Positions 1 to 9,047 of a stretch of 18,696 nt of DNA are shown here, one piece after another. The notes beneath the pieces are model-generated. The model was not told where the DNA came from, ran no database searches, and worked only from the letters and a program-made list of their open reading frames with translations. The translations under genes were made by a program, and so were the position numbers. Within the stretch, counting starts at the first letter, position 1; each line of letters opens with the position of its first letter. Source of the DNA: Oscillospiraceae bacterium (GTDB lineage Bacteria; Bacillota; Clostridia; Oscillospirales; Oscillospiraceae); the NCBI GenBank assembly GCA_017518445.1, contig JAFWVB010000045.1:1-18696 (forward strand). Direction: 5' to 3'.

Positions 1-948
1 AAAAAGTTCCCGGAGGAGGCGCTCGGACACAACGCCATCGTCGGCGGCTTCCAGGGTCAGCGCCAGTGGACGGATTTCTATCCGAACTGCGATTTCCCGG
101 AGGCTCTGCTCTCTACTACCTTCGACTACGACGGTCCTCGCGATCCGTATGTGCTGTCGACGGAAAACGACGTGCTCAACGGCATCTGCATGCTGTTCCA
201 GAAACAGCTCACCGGCATGGCTCCGATGTTCTCCGATGTGCGCACCTATTGGAGCGCAAAGGCGGTCAAGCGCGTTACGGGCTACAGCATAACCGGCAAC
301 GCCAAAAAAGCCGACGGATTCCTGCACCTTATAAATTCCGGCGCGTCCGCACTGGACTGGTCCGGCGTGTGCAAGGAAAAGGGGAAATCGGTCTGCAAGC
401 CGTGGTGGGACATCACCGAGGCTGATCAGAAGAAGATACTTGCGGCTACGATATGGCCGCCTGCCGACAACGGCTACTTCCGCGGCGGCGGATATTCTTC
501 CCGTTTTGTAACGAAGGCTGAAATGCCGATGACGATGATGCGTCTCAATCTCGTAAAGGGGCTCGGACCCGTCCTGCAAATCGCGGAGGGCTGGTCGGTA
601 GAGCTTCCCGACGAGGTTACGGACATTCTCTGGAAGAGAACCGACTACACATGGCCCTGCACATGGTTTGTGCCGCGCACCGACGGCATAGAGGGCAGCG
701 TATTCAAGAGCGCGTATGAAGTAATGCGCGCATGGGGTGCAAACCACGGCTCCTCGATCTACGGACACGTCGGCGCCGATCTTATAACTATGGCGTCGAT
801 GCTCCGCATACCGGTCGCAATGCACAACGTACCGGAGGAAAAGATATACCGTCCCGCCGCATGGAACGCTTTTGGGACCGGTGATAAAGAGAGCGCCGAT
901 TTCCGCGCATGCGCCGCCTTCGGACCGCTGTATAAGCCGTACAAGTAA
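1..948 (+). CDS. fucI: L-fucose isomerase, C-terminal ~315 aa (5' end lies upstream of the window)
   Basis: Frame 1 is open from nt 1 with no stop before the listed ORF at 151, so the gene enters from upstream. The translation carries [53 protein letters not shown] and [11 protein letters not shown]. From memory these are near-collinear with the C-terminal half of E. coli FucI. Stop TAA at 946-948. Confidence 0.9.
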   Translation, partial: KKFPEEALGHNAIVGGFQGQRQWTDFYPNCDFPEALLSTTFDYDGPRDPYVLSTENDVLNGICMLFQKQLTGMAPMFSDVRTYWSAKAVKRVTGYSITGNAKKADGFLHLINSGASALDWSGVCKEKGKSVCKPWWDITEADQKKILAATIWPPADNGYFRGGGYSSRFVTKAEMPMTMMRLNLVKGLGPVLQIAEGWSVELPDEVTDILWKRTDYTWPCTWFVPRTDGIEGSVFKSAYEVMRAWGANHGSSIYGHVGADLITMASMLRIPVAMHNVPEEKIYRPAAWNAFGTGDKESADFRACAAFGPLYKPYK

Positions 949-959
949 AGGAGGCAGGT

Positions 960-1445
960 ATGCTTAAAGGAATTCCACCGATCCTCTCTCCGGAACTGCT
1001 GTCGGTACTCGATGAAATGGGACACGGCGACCGTATATGCATAGGCGACGGCAACTTCCCCGGCGCGAGTTACGCGGCGGAGGGCGGCGCGAAGCTCATA
1101 CGGGCTGACGGCCACGGCGTCTGCGCGCTGCTGGACGCGATACTTCAGGTAATGCCGCTGGATGCGTATGTGGATACGCCGGCGATGATAATGGAGGTCG
1201 ACCCGAAGGACGCGGGGCTTCAGATCCCGATCTGGGACGAATTCAAAAAGATAATAGCAAGGCATGATGAGCGCGGCGCCGCCGCGGTAGGCAGCTATGA
1301 GAGATTTGCCTTTTACGGAGAGGCCAAAAGGAGCTACTGCGTACTCCAGACCGGTGAAACGGAGATATACGCGAATATAATTCTCCAAAAGGGCGTTGTA
1401 AAGGCGGAGCGTGACGATAAGGAAAAGGGGACAGTGTATGGGTGA
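960..1445 (+). CDS. fucU: L-fucose mutarotase (RbsD/FucU family)
   Basis: The N-terminus MLKGIPPILSPELLSVLDEMGHGD... and C-terminal ..RFAFYGEAK..QTGE..YANIILQKGV match the FucU/RbsD pattern. RBS AAAGGAGG at 947-954 lies 5 nt before the ATG. The gene sits immediately downstream of fucI. Confidence 0.85.
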   Translation: MLKGIPPILSPELLSVLDEMGHGDRICIGDGNFPGASYAAEGGAKLIRADGHGVCALLDAILQVMPLDAYVDTPAMIMEVDPKDAGLQIPIWDEFKKIIARHDERGAAAVGSYERFAFYGEAKRSYCVLQTGETEIYANIILQKGVVKAERDDKEKGTVYG

Positions 1446-2955
1446 TGTTATCTTAAAAATGACCGGCATCGAAAAATCCTTCCCCGGCGTACATGCGCTC
1501 TCCCAGGCACAGCTTGAGGTACGCGCCGGCGAGGTAATGGCTCTTGTCGGAGAAAACGGCGCGGGAAAATCCACGCTGATGAAGGTGCTTACTGGCATTT
1601 ACCCGAAGGACGACGGAAAAATCGAGTTTTTCGGTAAAGAGATAGAGCTGCGATCTCCGAAGGACGCGCAGGATCTGGGTATATGCATCGTGCACCAGGA
1701 GCTCAATCTGATGCAGCATCTCACCGTCGCGGAGAACATATTCATCGGACGCGAGCCGGTTATCGGTCCGTTCGTAAATCAGCGTGAACAAAACCGCATG
1801 ACGACGGAGCTGCTTGAAAGTCTGAACATAGATTTGAATCCAAAGCGCGTCGTAAAAACGCTGTCGGTCGCAAAGCAGCAGATGGTCGAGATAGCAAAGG
1901 CGCTCTCGTTCAACAATACGAAGCTCCTTATATTCGATGAGCCGTCGGCGGTGCTTACCGACACCGAGATAGACGATCTCTTCCGATTTATAAATCAGCT
2001 CAAGGCGGACGGTCTCGGAATAATATACATCTCGCACCGCATGGACGAATTAAAGCGCATATCGGACCGCATTACGGTCATGCGCGACGGACAGTATGTC
2101 GACACGCTCGTCACGGCGAACACCGATATAGACGAGGTCGTCCGGCTTATGGTCGGCAGAGTCATCTATGAGGAGCCGAGAACGCACTCGATGGTCGCTC
2201 CCGACGCACCGACGGTGCTTGAAGTGGAACATTTGAACTCCTTGGACGTCAAAGATGTATCCTTCCATTTGAAAAAAGGAGAGATACTCGGCTTTGCCGG
2301 ACTTGTGGGCGCGGGGAGAACGGAGACGATGCGCCTGATCTGCGGAGCCGATCCCAAGGATAGCGGCACGATAAGGGTCAACGGAAAAGAGGTCAGGATA
2401 AAAACGCCGGAGGACGCCGTCAGAAACGGTATCGGCTACCTATCCGAGGACCGCAAGCGTTATGGACTGTGCATCGGTCGCAGCATAACCGAAAACACGG
2501 TGCTTACAGATCTCGGCAAGGTATCAAAGGGGCTCTTCGTCAACGACCGCAAGGCTGACAGGATCTCACAGGATTACATCGACAAGATCAAGACAAAGAC
2601 TCCCTCAACGCGCACGCTTGTCCGAAGCCTTTCGGGCGGCAATCAGCAAAAGATAGTCATTTCAAAATGGCTTTTCAAAAACTGCGACATTCTGATATTC
2701 GACGAGCCCACGCGCGGTATCGACGTCGGCGCGAAAAGCGAGATATATCACCTTATGACCGAGCTTGCTAAAGAAGGCAAGTCGATCATAATGATATCCT
2801 CCGAGCTGCCGGAGCTGCTGCGCCTCTCCGACCGCATAATGGTAATGTGCGAGGGCAAAGTTACCGGAGAGCTCGATATCGCGGAGGCGTCGCAGGAGGG
2901 TATAATGCGGTTTGCAACCGACAGAAATGTGGGGGTAAGTAAAAATGCTGGGTAA
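1438..2955 (+). CDS. sugar ABC transporter ATP-binding protein with duplicated ABC domains (RbsA/MglA type)
   Basis: Walker A GENGAGKST and GLVGAGRTE; signature LSGGNQQK; Walker B LLIFDEPS and ILIFDEPT. I prefer ATG 1438 (MGDVILKMTGIEKSF) over the track's GTG 1411. It follows GGAAAAGGGG and overlaps the fucU stop (ATGGGTGA), which fits translational coupling. Confidence 0.9.
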   Translation: MGDVILKMTGIEKSFPGVHALSQAQLEVRAGEVMALVGENGAGKSTLMKVLTGIYPKDDGKIEFFGKEIELRSPKDAQDLGICIVHQELNLMQHLTVAENIFIGREPVIGPFVNQREQNRMTTELLESLNIDLNPKRVVKTLSVAKQQMVEIAKALSFNNTKLLIFDEPSAVLTDTEIDDLFRFINQLKADGLGIIYISHRMDELKRISDRITVMRDGQYVDTLVTANTDIDEVVRLMVGRVIYEEPRTHSMVAPDAPTVLEVEHLNSLDVKDVSFHLKKGEILGFAGLVGAGRTETMRLICGADPKDSGTIRVNGKEVRIKTPEDAVRNGIGYLSEDRKRYGLCIGRSITENTVLTDLGKVSKGLFVNDRKADRISQDYIDKIKTKTPSTRTLVRSLSGGNQQKIVISKWLFKNCDILIFDEPTRGIDVGAKSEIYHLMTELAKEGKSIIMISSELPELLRLSDRIMVMCEGKVTGELDIAEASQEGIMRFATDRNVGVSKNAG

Positions 2956-3916
2956 AAAAATCAATCTGCAAAAGCTGCTCGCGCCGGTGGTATTGGTGAT
3001 CCTGTATGTGCTGTTTTCCATAATCGGCAACGGCTTTTTCACGACCGATACCTTAAAAACCATACTTGAGTCGAGCTATTACATAGGCTTTATGGCTTTC
3101 GGCGTAACCTTCATAATCATCACCGGCGGCATAGATCTGTCGCTCGGCACCGTCATGATGTGTTCCGCTCTGCTCGGAGCGTACAGCTTCAAGGTCGCGG
3201 GCTGGCCGCTCGCGCTGTCACTGGTGCTGACGGTCGCTGTCGGCGTTATGTTCGGTCTGGTAAACGGCGTGTTCGTCGCAAAGCTCAAGCTCCCGCCATT
3301 TATCTCGACGCTTGGCACGATGATGATGGCGCAGGGCGTAGGCTCGATCATCACAAAGGTGCAGTCACAGACGTGGCCGACCTCGACCGACCCGCTCGGC
3401 GGCTGGTTCAAGAAGGTGTTTATCCGTTATAACGGCATGCCCGTCGGCGCGTTCTGGCTTGCGGCGTTCTTCATCATCGCCGTGCTGATACTGCATAAGA
3501 GCAAATTCGGACGTTATGTTTTCGCTATCGGCTCCAACGAGGAGGCGGCGCGTCTGTCCGGCATCAATGTCGAGAAGTGGAAGATAATGGTATACGCTCT
3601 GTCCGGCTTTTTCGTCGGCATGGCAGGCATCTTCTACGCGGCGGCATATACGACGATCACTCCGGGCACCGGAAACGGACAGGAGATGAACGGCATAACC
3701 GGCGCCGTCATCGGCGGCGTTTCGATGGCGGGCGGCTCCGGCTCGATGGTCGGCACTCTTATCGGCGTGTTCATCATGTCGGTGCTGAAAAACGGACTCG
3801 CCTCCTGCGGACTGCAGGCGCCGTGGCAGACATTCTTCACGGGACTTGTCGTCGTGCTGGCGGTGCTGCTCGACAACTACCGCACACGCGCCGCAAACCG
3901 CGTCCGCAAGAGCTGA
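2945..3916 (+). CDS. sugar ABC transporter permease (RbsC/AraH-type)
   Basis: Highly hydrophobic multi-TM protein with the family-typical ITGGIDLSLG motif. The ATG overlaps the ATPase stop by 11 nt. Position matches rbsC in the rbsDACB order. Confidence 0.85.
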   Translation: MLGKKINLQKLLAPVVLVILYVLFSIIGNGFFTTDTLKTILESSYYIGFMAFGVTFIIITGGIDLSLGTVMMCSALLGAYSFKVAGWPLALSLVLTVAVGVMFGLVNGVFVAKLKLPPFISTLGTMMMAQGVGSIITKVQSQTWPTSTDPLGGWFKKVFIRYNGMPVGAFWLAAFFIIAVLILHKSKFGRYVFAIGSNEEAARLSGINVEKWKIMVYALSGFFVGMAGIFYAAAYTTITPGTGNGQEMNGITGAVIGGVSMAGGSGSMVGTLIGVFIMSVLKNGLASCGLQAPWQTFFTGLVVVLAVLLDNYRTRAANRVRKS

Positions 3917-4004
3917 AAAAGCGAGCGGGCATTACAGTGAATAAGTGTGGGATGAACCCCGCTTAGAATACATTTTCAAAATTTAATGAAAGGAATGGAA
4001 TTGT

Positions 4005-5162
4005 ATGAAGAAGTTTTTAGCGCTACTGTTGAGTCTTGTCCTCTTGGTTGCATGCTTTACCGCGTGCGCCCCGAAGCAGGAGGAAAAGACCGAGACGAAG
4101 ACCGAAACCGAGACCAAAACCGAGACCAAAACAGAGACCGAAACCAAGACAGATAATCCTCCCGCGGAAGAAAAAGTTTACATCCCGGTCATGGCAAAGG
4201 GCTTCCAGCACCAGTTCTGGCAGGCTGTCAAGGCGGGTTCCGACGCCGCTGCGGAAGAGCTTGGCATCGAGATCTACTTCGACGGTCCGGCTTCAGAGAC
4301 CGACATCGACGTGCAGGTCAACATGATCAAGCAGGAAATGGCGAAGAAACCGAAGGCAATGGCGCTTGCCGCCCTCTCCACGGACGCTGTCAAGGAGATC
4401 CTTGAGGAGTGCGCCGAGAAGAACATTCCGGTCATAGGTTTTGACTCCGGTGTTCCGGACGATACCTCCGGTGCTGTTAAGGCTACCGCCGCGACGAACA
4501 ACGAGGCAGCCGCAGCTCTTGCCGCCGAGAAATTCGGTGAAAACGCCGATATCGTCGCCGCAATGCAGGCTGCTACCTCGGATAACCCCGTCATCATCGC
4601 CTGCCTGTCTCAGGATGCGGTCTCCGCTTCCGTTACTGGCCGTACGACCGGCTTTGTCAACAAGATGAAGGAAATCGCAGAGACGTATCAGGCCGGCAAG
4701 GTCTCCGTTGAAGGCCACACCAAGTGGGAAGCAAAGGTCAGCGATCCGGCTATCATTATCCGCGTTGAGGTATCCGCAACGACTGAGGCTACCGCTGTTC
4801 AGACCTCCGCTAACACCCTGCTCAACCTCAAGGGGCTGAAGGCTGTGTTCTGCTCCAACGAGGGCACGGTCACCGGCTTCCTCGCCGCTGTTTCCGACGG
4901 TGAAGATCTCGCCGACGGCGGCAAGTACGCTGATCTGGTAGTCGCGGGCTTCGACGCAGGCTCCGCGCAGAAGAACGCTATCCGTCAGGGCTGGTTCTAC
5001 GGCTCCGTGACGCAGGATCCGTTCTCCATCGGCTACAACGCAGTCAAGATGGCATACGCCGCTTACAACGGTGAGAGCGTATCCGACGTCGACACCGGTG
5101 CGAAGTGGTACAATTCCGAGAACATCGACGACGCGGACATCGCGCTCCTCGTCTACGATTAA
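4005..5162 (+). CDS. sugar ABC substrate-binding lipoprotein (type I periplasmic-binding fold, RbsB-like)
   Basis: Signal peptide MKKFLALLLSLVLLVAC with lipobox L-V-A-C17 (a second candidate is F-T-A-C21). A low-complexity (E/K)T linker follows, then a PBP1-like body (IPVIGFDSG, VAGFDAG). It directly follows the permease. Confidence 0.85.
   Translation: MKKFLALLLSLVLLVACFTACAPKQEEKTETKTETETKTETKTETETKTDNPPAEEKVYIPVMAKGFQHQFWQAVKAGSDAAAEELGIEIYFDGPASETDIDVQVNMIKQEMAKKPKAMALAALSTDAVKEILEECAEKNIPVIGFDSGVPDDTSGAVKATAATNNEAAAALAAEKFGENADIVAAMQAATSDNPVIIACLSQDAVSASVTGRTTGFVNKMKEIAETYQAGKVSVEGHTKWEAKVSDPAIIIRVEVSATTEATAVQTSANTLLNLKGLKAVFCSNEGTVTGFLAAVSDGEDLADGGKYADLVVAGFDAGSAQKNAIRQGWFYGSVTQDPFSIGYNAVKMAYAAYNGESVSDVDTGAKWYNSENIDDADIALLVYD
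4083..4151 (+). repeat. in-frame 6-nt-period (GAR/AAR-ACN) tandem repeat encoding EKTETKTETETKTETKTETETKT linker
   Basis: Read directly: gaa aag acc gag acg aag acc gaa acc gag acc aaa acc gag acc aaa aca gag acc gaa acc aag aca. It sits immediately after the lipobox cysteine(s). Confidence 0.85.
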
Positions 5163-5203
5163 TAGGTGAGCGTTGATACGCGAGCCTGAAGAAACAAACG
5201 AAC

Positions 5204-5242
5204 GACCGGCGCCGCGGGCATGGCTTCCTTGCGGCGCCGGTC
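5204..5242 (+). promoter_or_regulatory. intercistronic GC-rich stem-loop after the binding-protein gene (no U-tract)
   Basis: Perfect 12-bp stem: gaccggcgccgc (5204-5215) pairs with gcggcgccggtc (5231-5242), with a 15-nt loop. It is followed by ctgccaaatg, which is not T-rich. It lies between the SBP stop (5162) and the kinase start. Confidence 0.6.
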
Positions 5243-5261
5243 CTGCCAAATGGGAATTAAA

Positions 5262-6737
5262 ATGGGAAAGAAAAGACATTTTATCGCCCTTGATCTCGGT
5301 GCGAGCAACGGGCGAGCGATCCTCGGATCTTTTGACGGGGAGCGCATAACCATGGAAGAACTGCACCGTTTTGAAAACCATTATCTTGAAATGAACGGCG
5401 TTTACTACTGGGATACGCCTTATCTATATGAGCAGTGCAAGCAGGGGCTTCTCGCTTTCGCAAAGCGCGGCGTCGGTGAACTGGATGCCTTCGGTATCGA
5501 CACATGGGGAGTTGACTACGGTCTGCTGGACAGAAACGGACAGCTCCTCGGACTGTCGCGCTCCTACCGGCTTGGTACGCAGGAGGACGTGGACGCTGTC
5601 AAGGCGATCGTGCCGGAGGAGGAGCTTTTTGCGCGCTGCGGAATTGATACGAATCTCGCCTTCAATACGCTTTATCAGCTCTATCGCCGCAAGCGAGAGG
5701 GCGACACGGCTCTCGAGGCGGCGGATAAGCTGCTCTTCACTCCGGATCTTTTGGGATATTTTCTCACCGGCGAGACCGGGACGGAGTATACGATGGCGAC
5801 GACCTCGCAGATATACTCGCCTACTGCAAGGGCTTGGGATATGGAGCTTTTGCGCAAGCTCGGACTTCCGGAACACATCTTTACAAATATAGATCCGAGT
5901 GCTACCGTGCGCGGCGCGCTTCGTCGTGCCGTGCAGGAGGAGACGGGCGTCGGCGACGCGCGCTTCGTCGCGGTCGGAAGCCATGATACGGCGTCCTCCG
6001 TCGCGGCTATCCCCGGACGCGGGAGCTTTGCCTTCTGCTCGTCTGGGACATGGTCGCTGATAGGGGTTGAGACGGAAAAGCCGGAGCTTTCCGATGAGGC
6101 GAGACGGCTCGGCTTCTCGAACGAGGGGACAGTACAGGGCGGCTTCCAGCCGCTTCGCAATATAAACGGACTATGGATAATCCAGGAATGCCGCCGCGAA
6201 TGGCGCAGAGACGGAAAAGCCCTCACCTGGGACGCGATAGTCAGCGAGGCGTCCTTTGTAAAGCCGCTGCGTTCGGTCATAGACACGGACGCCCCCGAAT
6301 TTTACGGCGGCGGAAACATGGTTGAAAAAATACGCGGCTATTGCGCCGCTTCCGGTCAGCCCGTACCCGATAGCGTCGGAGAGGTTGCGCGCTGCGTTTA
6401 TGAGTCGCTCGCCCTGAAATACCGCCTCGCGGTCGAGGGGCTTGAAAAGATCAAGGGAGAGCGCATAGACTCTCTCAACATAGTCGGCGGCGGCATACAA
6501 AACCGCCTTCTCAATCAGATGGCGGCGGACGCTCTCGACCGCGTCGTTGTGACCGGACCGACAGAGGGCGCGGCGATGGGAAATCTGCTTACACAGGCGC
6601 TCGCTCTCGGCGACATTGCAAACATCGGAGAACTGCGAGAGGTGGTGCGCGCCTCCGAGCACGTCGAGACATGGGAACCGAGGCACAGTGGAGCGTGGGA
6701 GGACGCATACGGCAGACTTCGCTCGCTTATCGGATAA
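5262..6737 (+). CDS. rhamnulokinase-family FGGY ketose kinase (RhaB-like; possibly acting as L-fuculokinase here)
   Basis: ALDLGASNGR, HRFEN, GIDTWGVDYGLLD, GSHDTASSVAA, SSGTWSLIG and NIVGGGIQNRLLNQMAADA are collinear with E. coli RhaB as I recall it. The track's ATG 5220 lies inside the loop of the 5204-5242 hairpin, so I prefer ATG 5262 (MGKKRHFIALDLG). ATG 5250 is an alternative. Confidence 0.8.
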   Translation: MGKKRHFIALDLGASNGRAILGSFDGERITMEELHRFENHYLEMNGVYYWDTPYLYEQCKQGLLAFAKRGVGELDAFGIDTWGVDYGLLDRNGQLLGLSRSYRLGTQEDVDAVKAIVPEEELFARCGIDTNLAFNTLYQLYRRKREGDTALEAADKLLFTPDLLGYFLTGETGTEYTMATTSQIYSPTARAWDMELLRKLGLPEHIFTNIDPSATVRGALRRAVQEETGVGDARFVAVGSHDTASSVAAIPGRGSFAFCSSGTWSLIGVETEKPELSDEARRLGFSNEGTVQGGFQPLRNINGLWIIQECRREWRRDGKALTWDAIVSEASFVKPLRSVIDTDAPEFYGGGNMVEKIRGYCAASGQPVPDSVGEVARCVYESLALKYRLAVEGLEKIKGERIDSLNIVGGGIQNRLLNQMAADALDRVVVTGPTEGAAMGNLLTQALALGDIANIGELREVVRASEHVETWEPRHSGAWEDAYGRLRSLIG

Positions 6738-6758
6738 CAGCGCGAAAGGAGAGAAGAG

Positions 6759-8336
6759 ATGGGCATTCGCACCGAGGACTGCGTGCTGGGTATAGAGCTC
6801 GGCTCAACGCGCATAAAGGCGACGCTTATAGACAATGAGCATCGACCCGTCGCAAACGGCAGTTTTGTCTGGGAAAACCGCCTTGAAAACGGCGTCTGGA
6901 CATATCGGCTTGAGGACGCCGTTGAGGGCGTTCGCGCCTGCTACGCGGAACTCAAGCGCGACGCTAAGGCGCGTCTCGGCGAGACGATAACAAGGCTCAA
7001 GGGTATAGGCGTATCGGGAATGATGCACGGCTATCTCGCTCTGGACGCAGATGGTAGACAGATTGCGCCGTTTCGGACATGGCGCAACACGATTACAGGA
7101 CAGGCGGCGGCGGAACTCACGGAGCGGTTTCGCTTCAACATACCGCAGCGGTGGAGCATTGCACATCTATATCAGTCAATTCTGAACGGAGAGGAGAGTG
7201 TGGGGTGTATCGCCCACCTCGTGACGCTCTCCGTGTATGTGCATCATCTGCTCACCGGTCGCTGGGCGGTCGGCGTCGGCGAGGCGTCCGGGATGTTCCC
7301 GTACGACGATGCTGCAAAGAATTTCGACGCGAAGCGGATAAAGCTTTTTGACGCGCTTATAGCTGATCGCGGCTTTTCTTGGAAGCTCGCGGATATTCTG
7401 CCGGAGGTACTTCCCGCCGGATCTGTCGCGGGCATTCTGACAAAAGAGGGCGCGGCGCTGCTGGATCCCGACGGAGACCTTCTCCCCGGAATTCCGTTCT
7501 GCCCGCCGGAGGGCGACGCGGCAACCGGAATGGTCGCCACCGGCGCGGTACAGCCGCGCACCGGCAGCGTGTCCGCCGGTACATCGGCGTTTTCGCTTCA
7601 GGTGCTCGAAAGACCGCTCAAAGGGTATTACACGAAAATAGACGTCGTCGCTACACCGACCGGCAGACCTGTCGCGATGGCGCACACGAACAACTGCACA
7701 GGCGAGATAGACGCATGGGCGCGCCTCTTCTCGGAGGTGAGCCGTCTGTGCGGCGGCGAGGACGACCTCGGAGAGCTGTTCCCGAAGCTCTACCGTATAG
7801 CGCTTGACGGCGCGGCTGACGCGGGAGGAATGGTCGCGTTCAATTATTCAGCCGGCGAGGTGCTGACCGATGTAAAGCATGGCAGACCGCTCTTTCTGCG
7901 GCTGCCGGACGCTGAATTTAATCTTGCGAGCTTCATGCGCGCGCAGCTTTACGGAGCGATAGCGACATGGAAGCTCGGCATAGATTTCCTGTATGAAAAT
8001 GAGCGGGTGGTTTCCGACCGTATGCTCGGTCACGGCGGGTTTTTCAAGACTCCCGGAGTGGGGGCGCAGATATTGGCGGACGCGCTGAATTTGCCGGTGT
8101 ACACCATGGAGACCGCCGGAGAGGGCGGACCTTGGGGCATGGCTCTGCTGGCGGCTTATATGTGCCGCGCAGAAGACGGAGAAAGCCTTGAGGACTATTT
8201 GGAAAAGCGCGTGTTTTCCGGGGCGAAGTCGGAGATGTTTCTTCCGAAAGCTGAAGGCGCCGCCGGATTTGCCGCGTATATGGAGCGTTACAAGGCGGCA
8301 CTGTCCGCGGAACGCGCATCAGGAGAGGTAGTATGA
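6759..8336 (+). CDS. FGGY-family carbohydrate kinase (xylulokinase-like, substrate unknown)
   Basis: GIELGSTRIK (phosphate-1 loop), GVSGMMHGYL, PEGDAATGMVATG, SAGTSAF and GHGGFFKTP. RBS AAAGGAGAG at 6746-6754 precedes the ATG at 6759. Confidence 0.75.
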   Translation: MGIRTEDCVLGIELGSTRIKATLIDNEHRPVANGSFVWENRLENGVWTYRLEDAVEGVRACYAELKRDAKARLGETITRLKGIGVSGMMHGYLALDADGRQIAPFRTWRNTITGQAAAELTERFRFNIPQRWSIAHLYQSILNGEESVGCIAHLVTLSVYVHHLLTGRWAVGVGEASGMFPYDDAAKNFDAKRIKLFDALIADRGFSWKLADILPEVLPAGSVAGILTKEGAALLDPDGDLLPGIPFCPPEGDAATGMVATGAVQPRTGSVSAGTSAFSLQVLERPLKGYYTKIDVVATPTGRPVAMAHTNNCTGEIDAWARLFSEVSRLCGGEDDLGELFPKLYRIALDGAADAGGMVAFNYSAGEVLTDVKHGRPLFLRLPDAEFNLASFMRAQLYGAIATWKLGIDFLYENERVVSDRMLGHGGFFKTPGVGAQILADALNLPVYTMETAGEGGPWGMALLAAYMCRAEDGESLEDYLEKRVFSGAKSEMFLPKAEGAAGFAAYMERYKAALSAERASGEVV

Positions 8337-9001
8337 AAAACAACGAAAAACGGAGCATACGAGAGTGGATCGTCCGTATTCTGCTTCTTTTTATCGGCGT
8401 GACGATCGCCCATTTCGGAGTGACGTTGTTTCTGCTGTCGGACATGGGCTCCGACCCTTTTAACGTGCTGGTGCAGGGGACTTACCGTGCGCTATCATCC
8501 GCGACGGGGCTCGGCTTTTTGACGCACGGGCGCGTGCATATCCTGCTCTGCGCCGTGATAATTGTTGTTCTTCTTTTTATCGACCGCAGCTACATAAAGC
8601 TCGGCACATTCATATGCATGGTGATTGGCGGACCTATAATCGACATATTTACAAAGATTTTGTCGCCGCTTTTTAACAGCGTGCCGCCTATTCCGGTCGC
8701 ACTTGCTCTCGTTGTGGCGGGATGCGTGATATTGGCGTTCGGCATGACTGTCGTTATAAATTCCGACGCGGGCACGGGACCCAACGACCTTGTTTCCGTC
8801 GCGCTTGCCGACAAGCTGAAAAAGAAATTCAGCATAATACGTATCATAACGGACGTCGCCTTTGTGCTCATAGGCCGGCTTCTCGGAGGTACGGTCGGCG
8901 TCGGCACGCTTGTTTGTATGTTCCTTGTCGGGCTTGTAGCCGGGGTGTTTCTACCTGTAAACAAAAAGCTGGTTGATTGCGCTGTCCGACGATTTTCATA
9001 A
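8333..9001 (+). CDS. YczE/YitT-like integral membrane protein of unknown function
   Basis: Multi-TM protein with an internally duplicated motif (MGSDPFNVLVQG and AGTGPNDLVSVAL), typical of YczE-like proteins. The ATG overlaps the kinase stop (ATGA at 8333-8336). RBS AGGAGAGG at 8321-8328. Confidence 0.6.
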   Translation: MKNNEKRSIREWIVRILLLFIGVTIAHFGVTLFLLSDMGSDPFNVLVQGTYRALSSATGLGFLTHGRVHILLCAVIIVVLLFIDRSYIKLGTFICMVIGGPIIDIFTKILSPLFNSVPPIPVALALVVAGCVILAFGMTVVINSDAGTGPNDLVSVALADKLKKKFSIIRIITDVAFVLIGRLLGGTVGVGTLVCMFLVGLVAGVFLPVNKKLVDCAVRRFS

Positions 9002-9047
9002 TATGCCATTGTTTGCGCGATACGCGCGGGGAAACGGGAGAATGCTT

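Noticed and set aside
759-1598. 279-aa minus-strand ORF overlapping fucI/fucU. The same applies to other long antisense ORFs in the G+C-rich half: 1453-2037, 2662-3063, 5424-5984, 5681-6286, 6171-6686 and 7176-7685.
   Set aside because: They lie antisense to genes with unmistakable family motifs. Their translations are Arg/Ala/Pro-rich and low in complexity. Long spurious antisense ORFs are expected in G+C-rich coding DNA.
5220-5261. Upstream start codons given by the ORF track: ATG 5220 for the RhaB-like kinase, GTG 1411 for the ABC ATPase, TTG 8973 for PfkB, TTG 10036 for LplA and ATG 17387 for Fic
   Set aside because: ATG 5220 lies in the loop of a 12-bp hairpin. The others add non-homologous N-terminal extensions and lack an RBS. 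Downstream ATGs with RBSs give the N-termini typical of each family.
4293-5381. 362-aa minus-strand ORF across the binding-protein gene
   Set aside because: It is antisense to a clear lipoprotein SBP gene, has no RBS or recognisable motifs, and has typical high-GC shadow-ORF composition.
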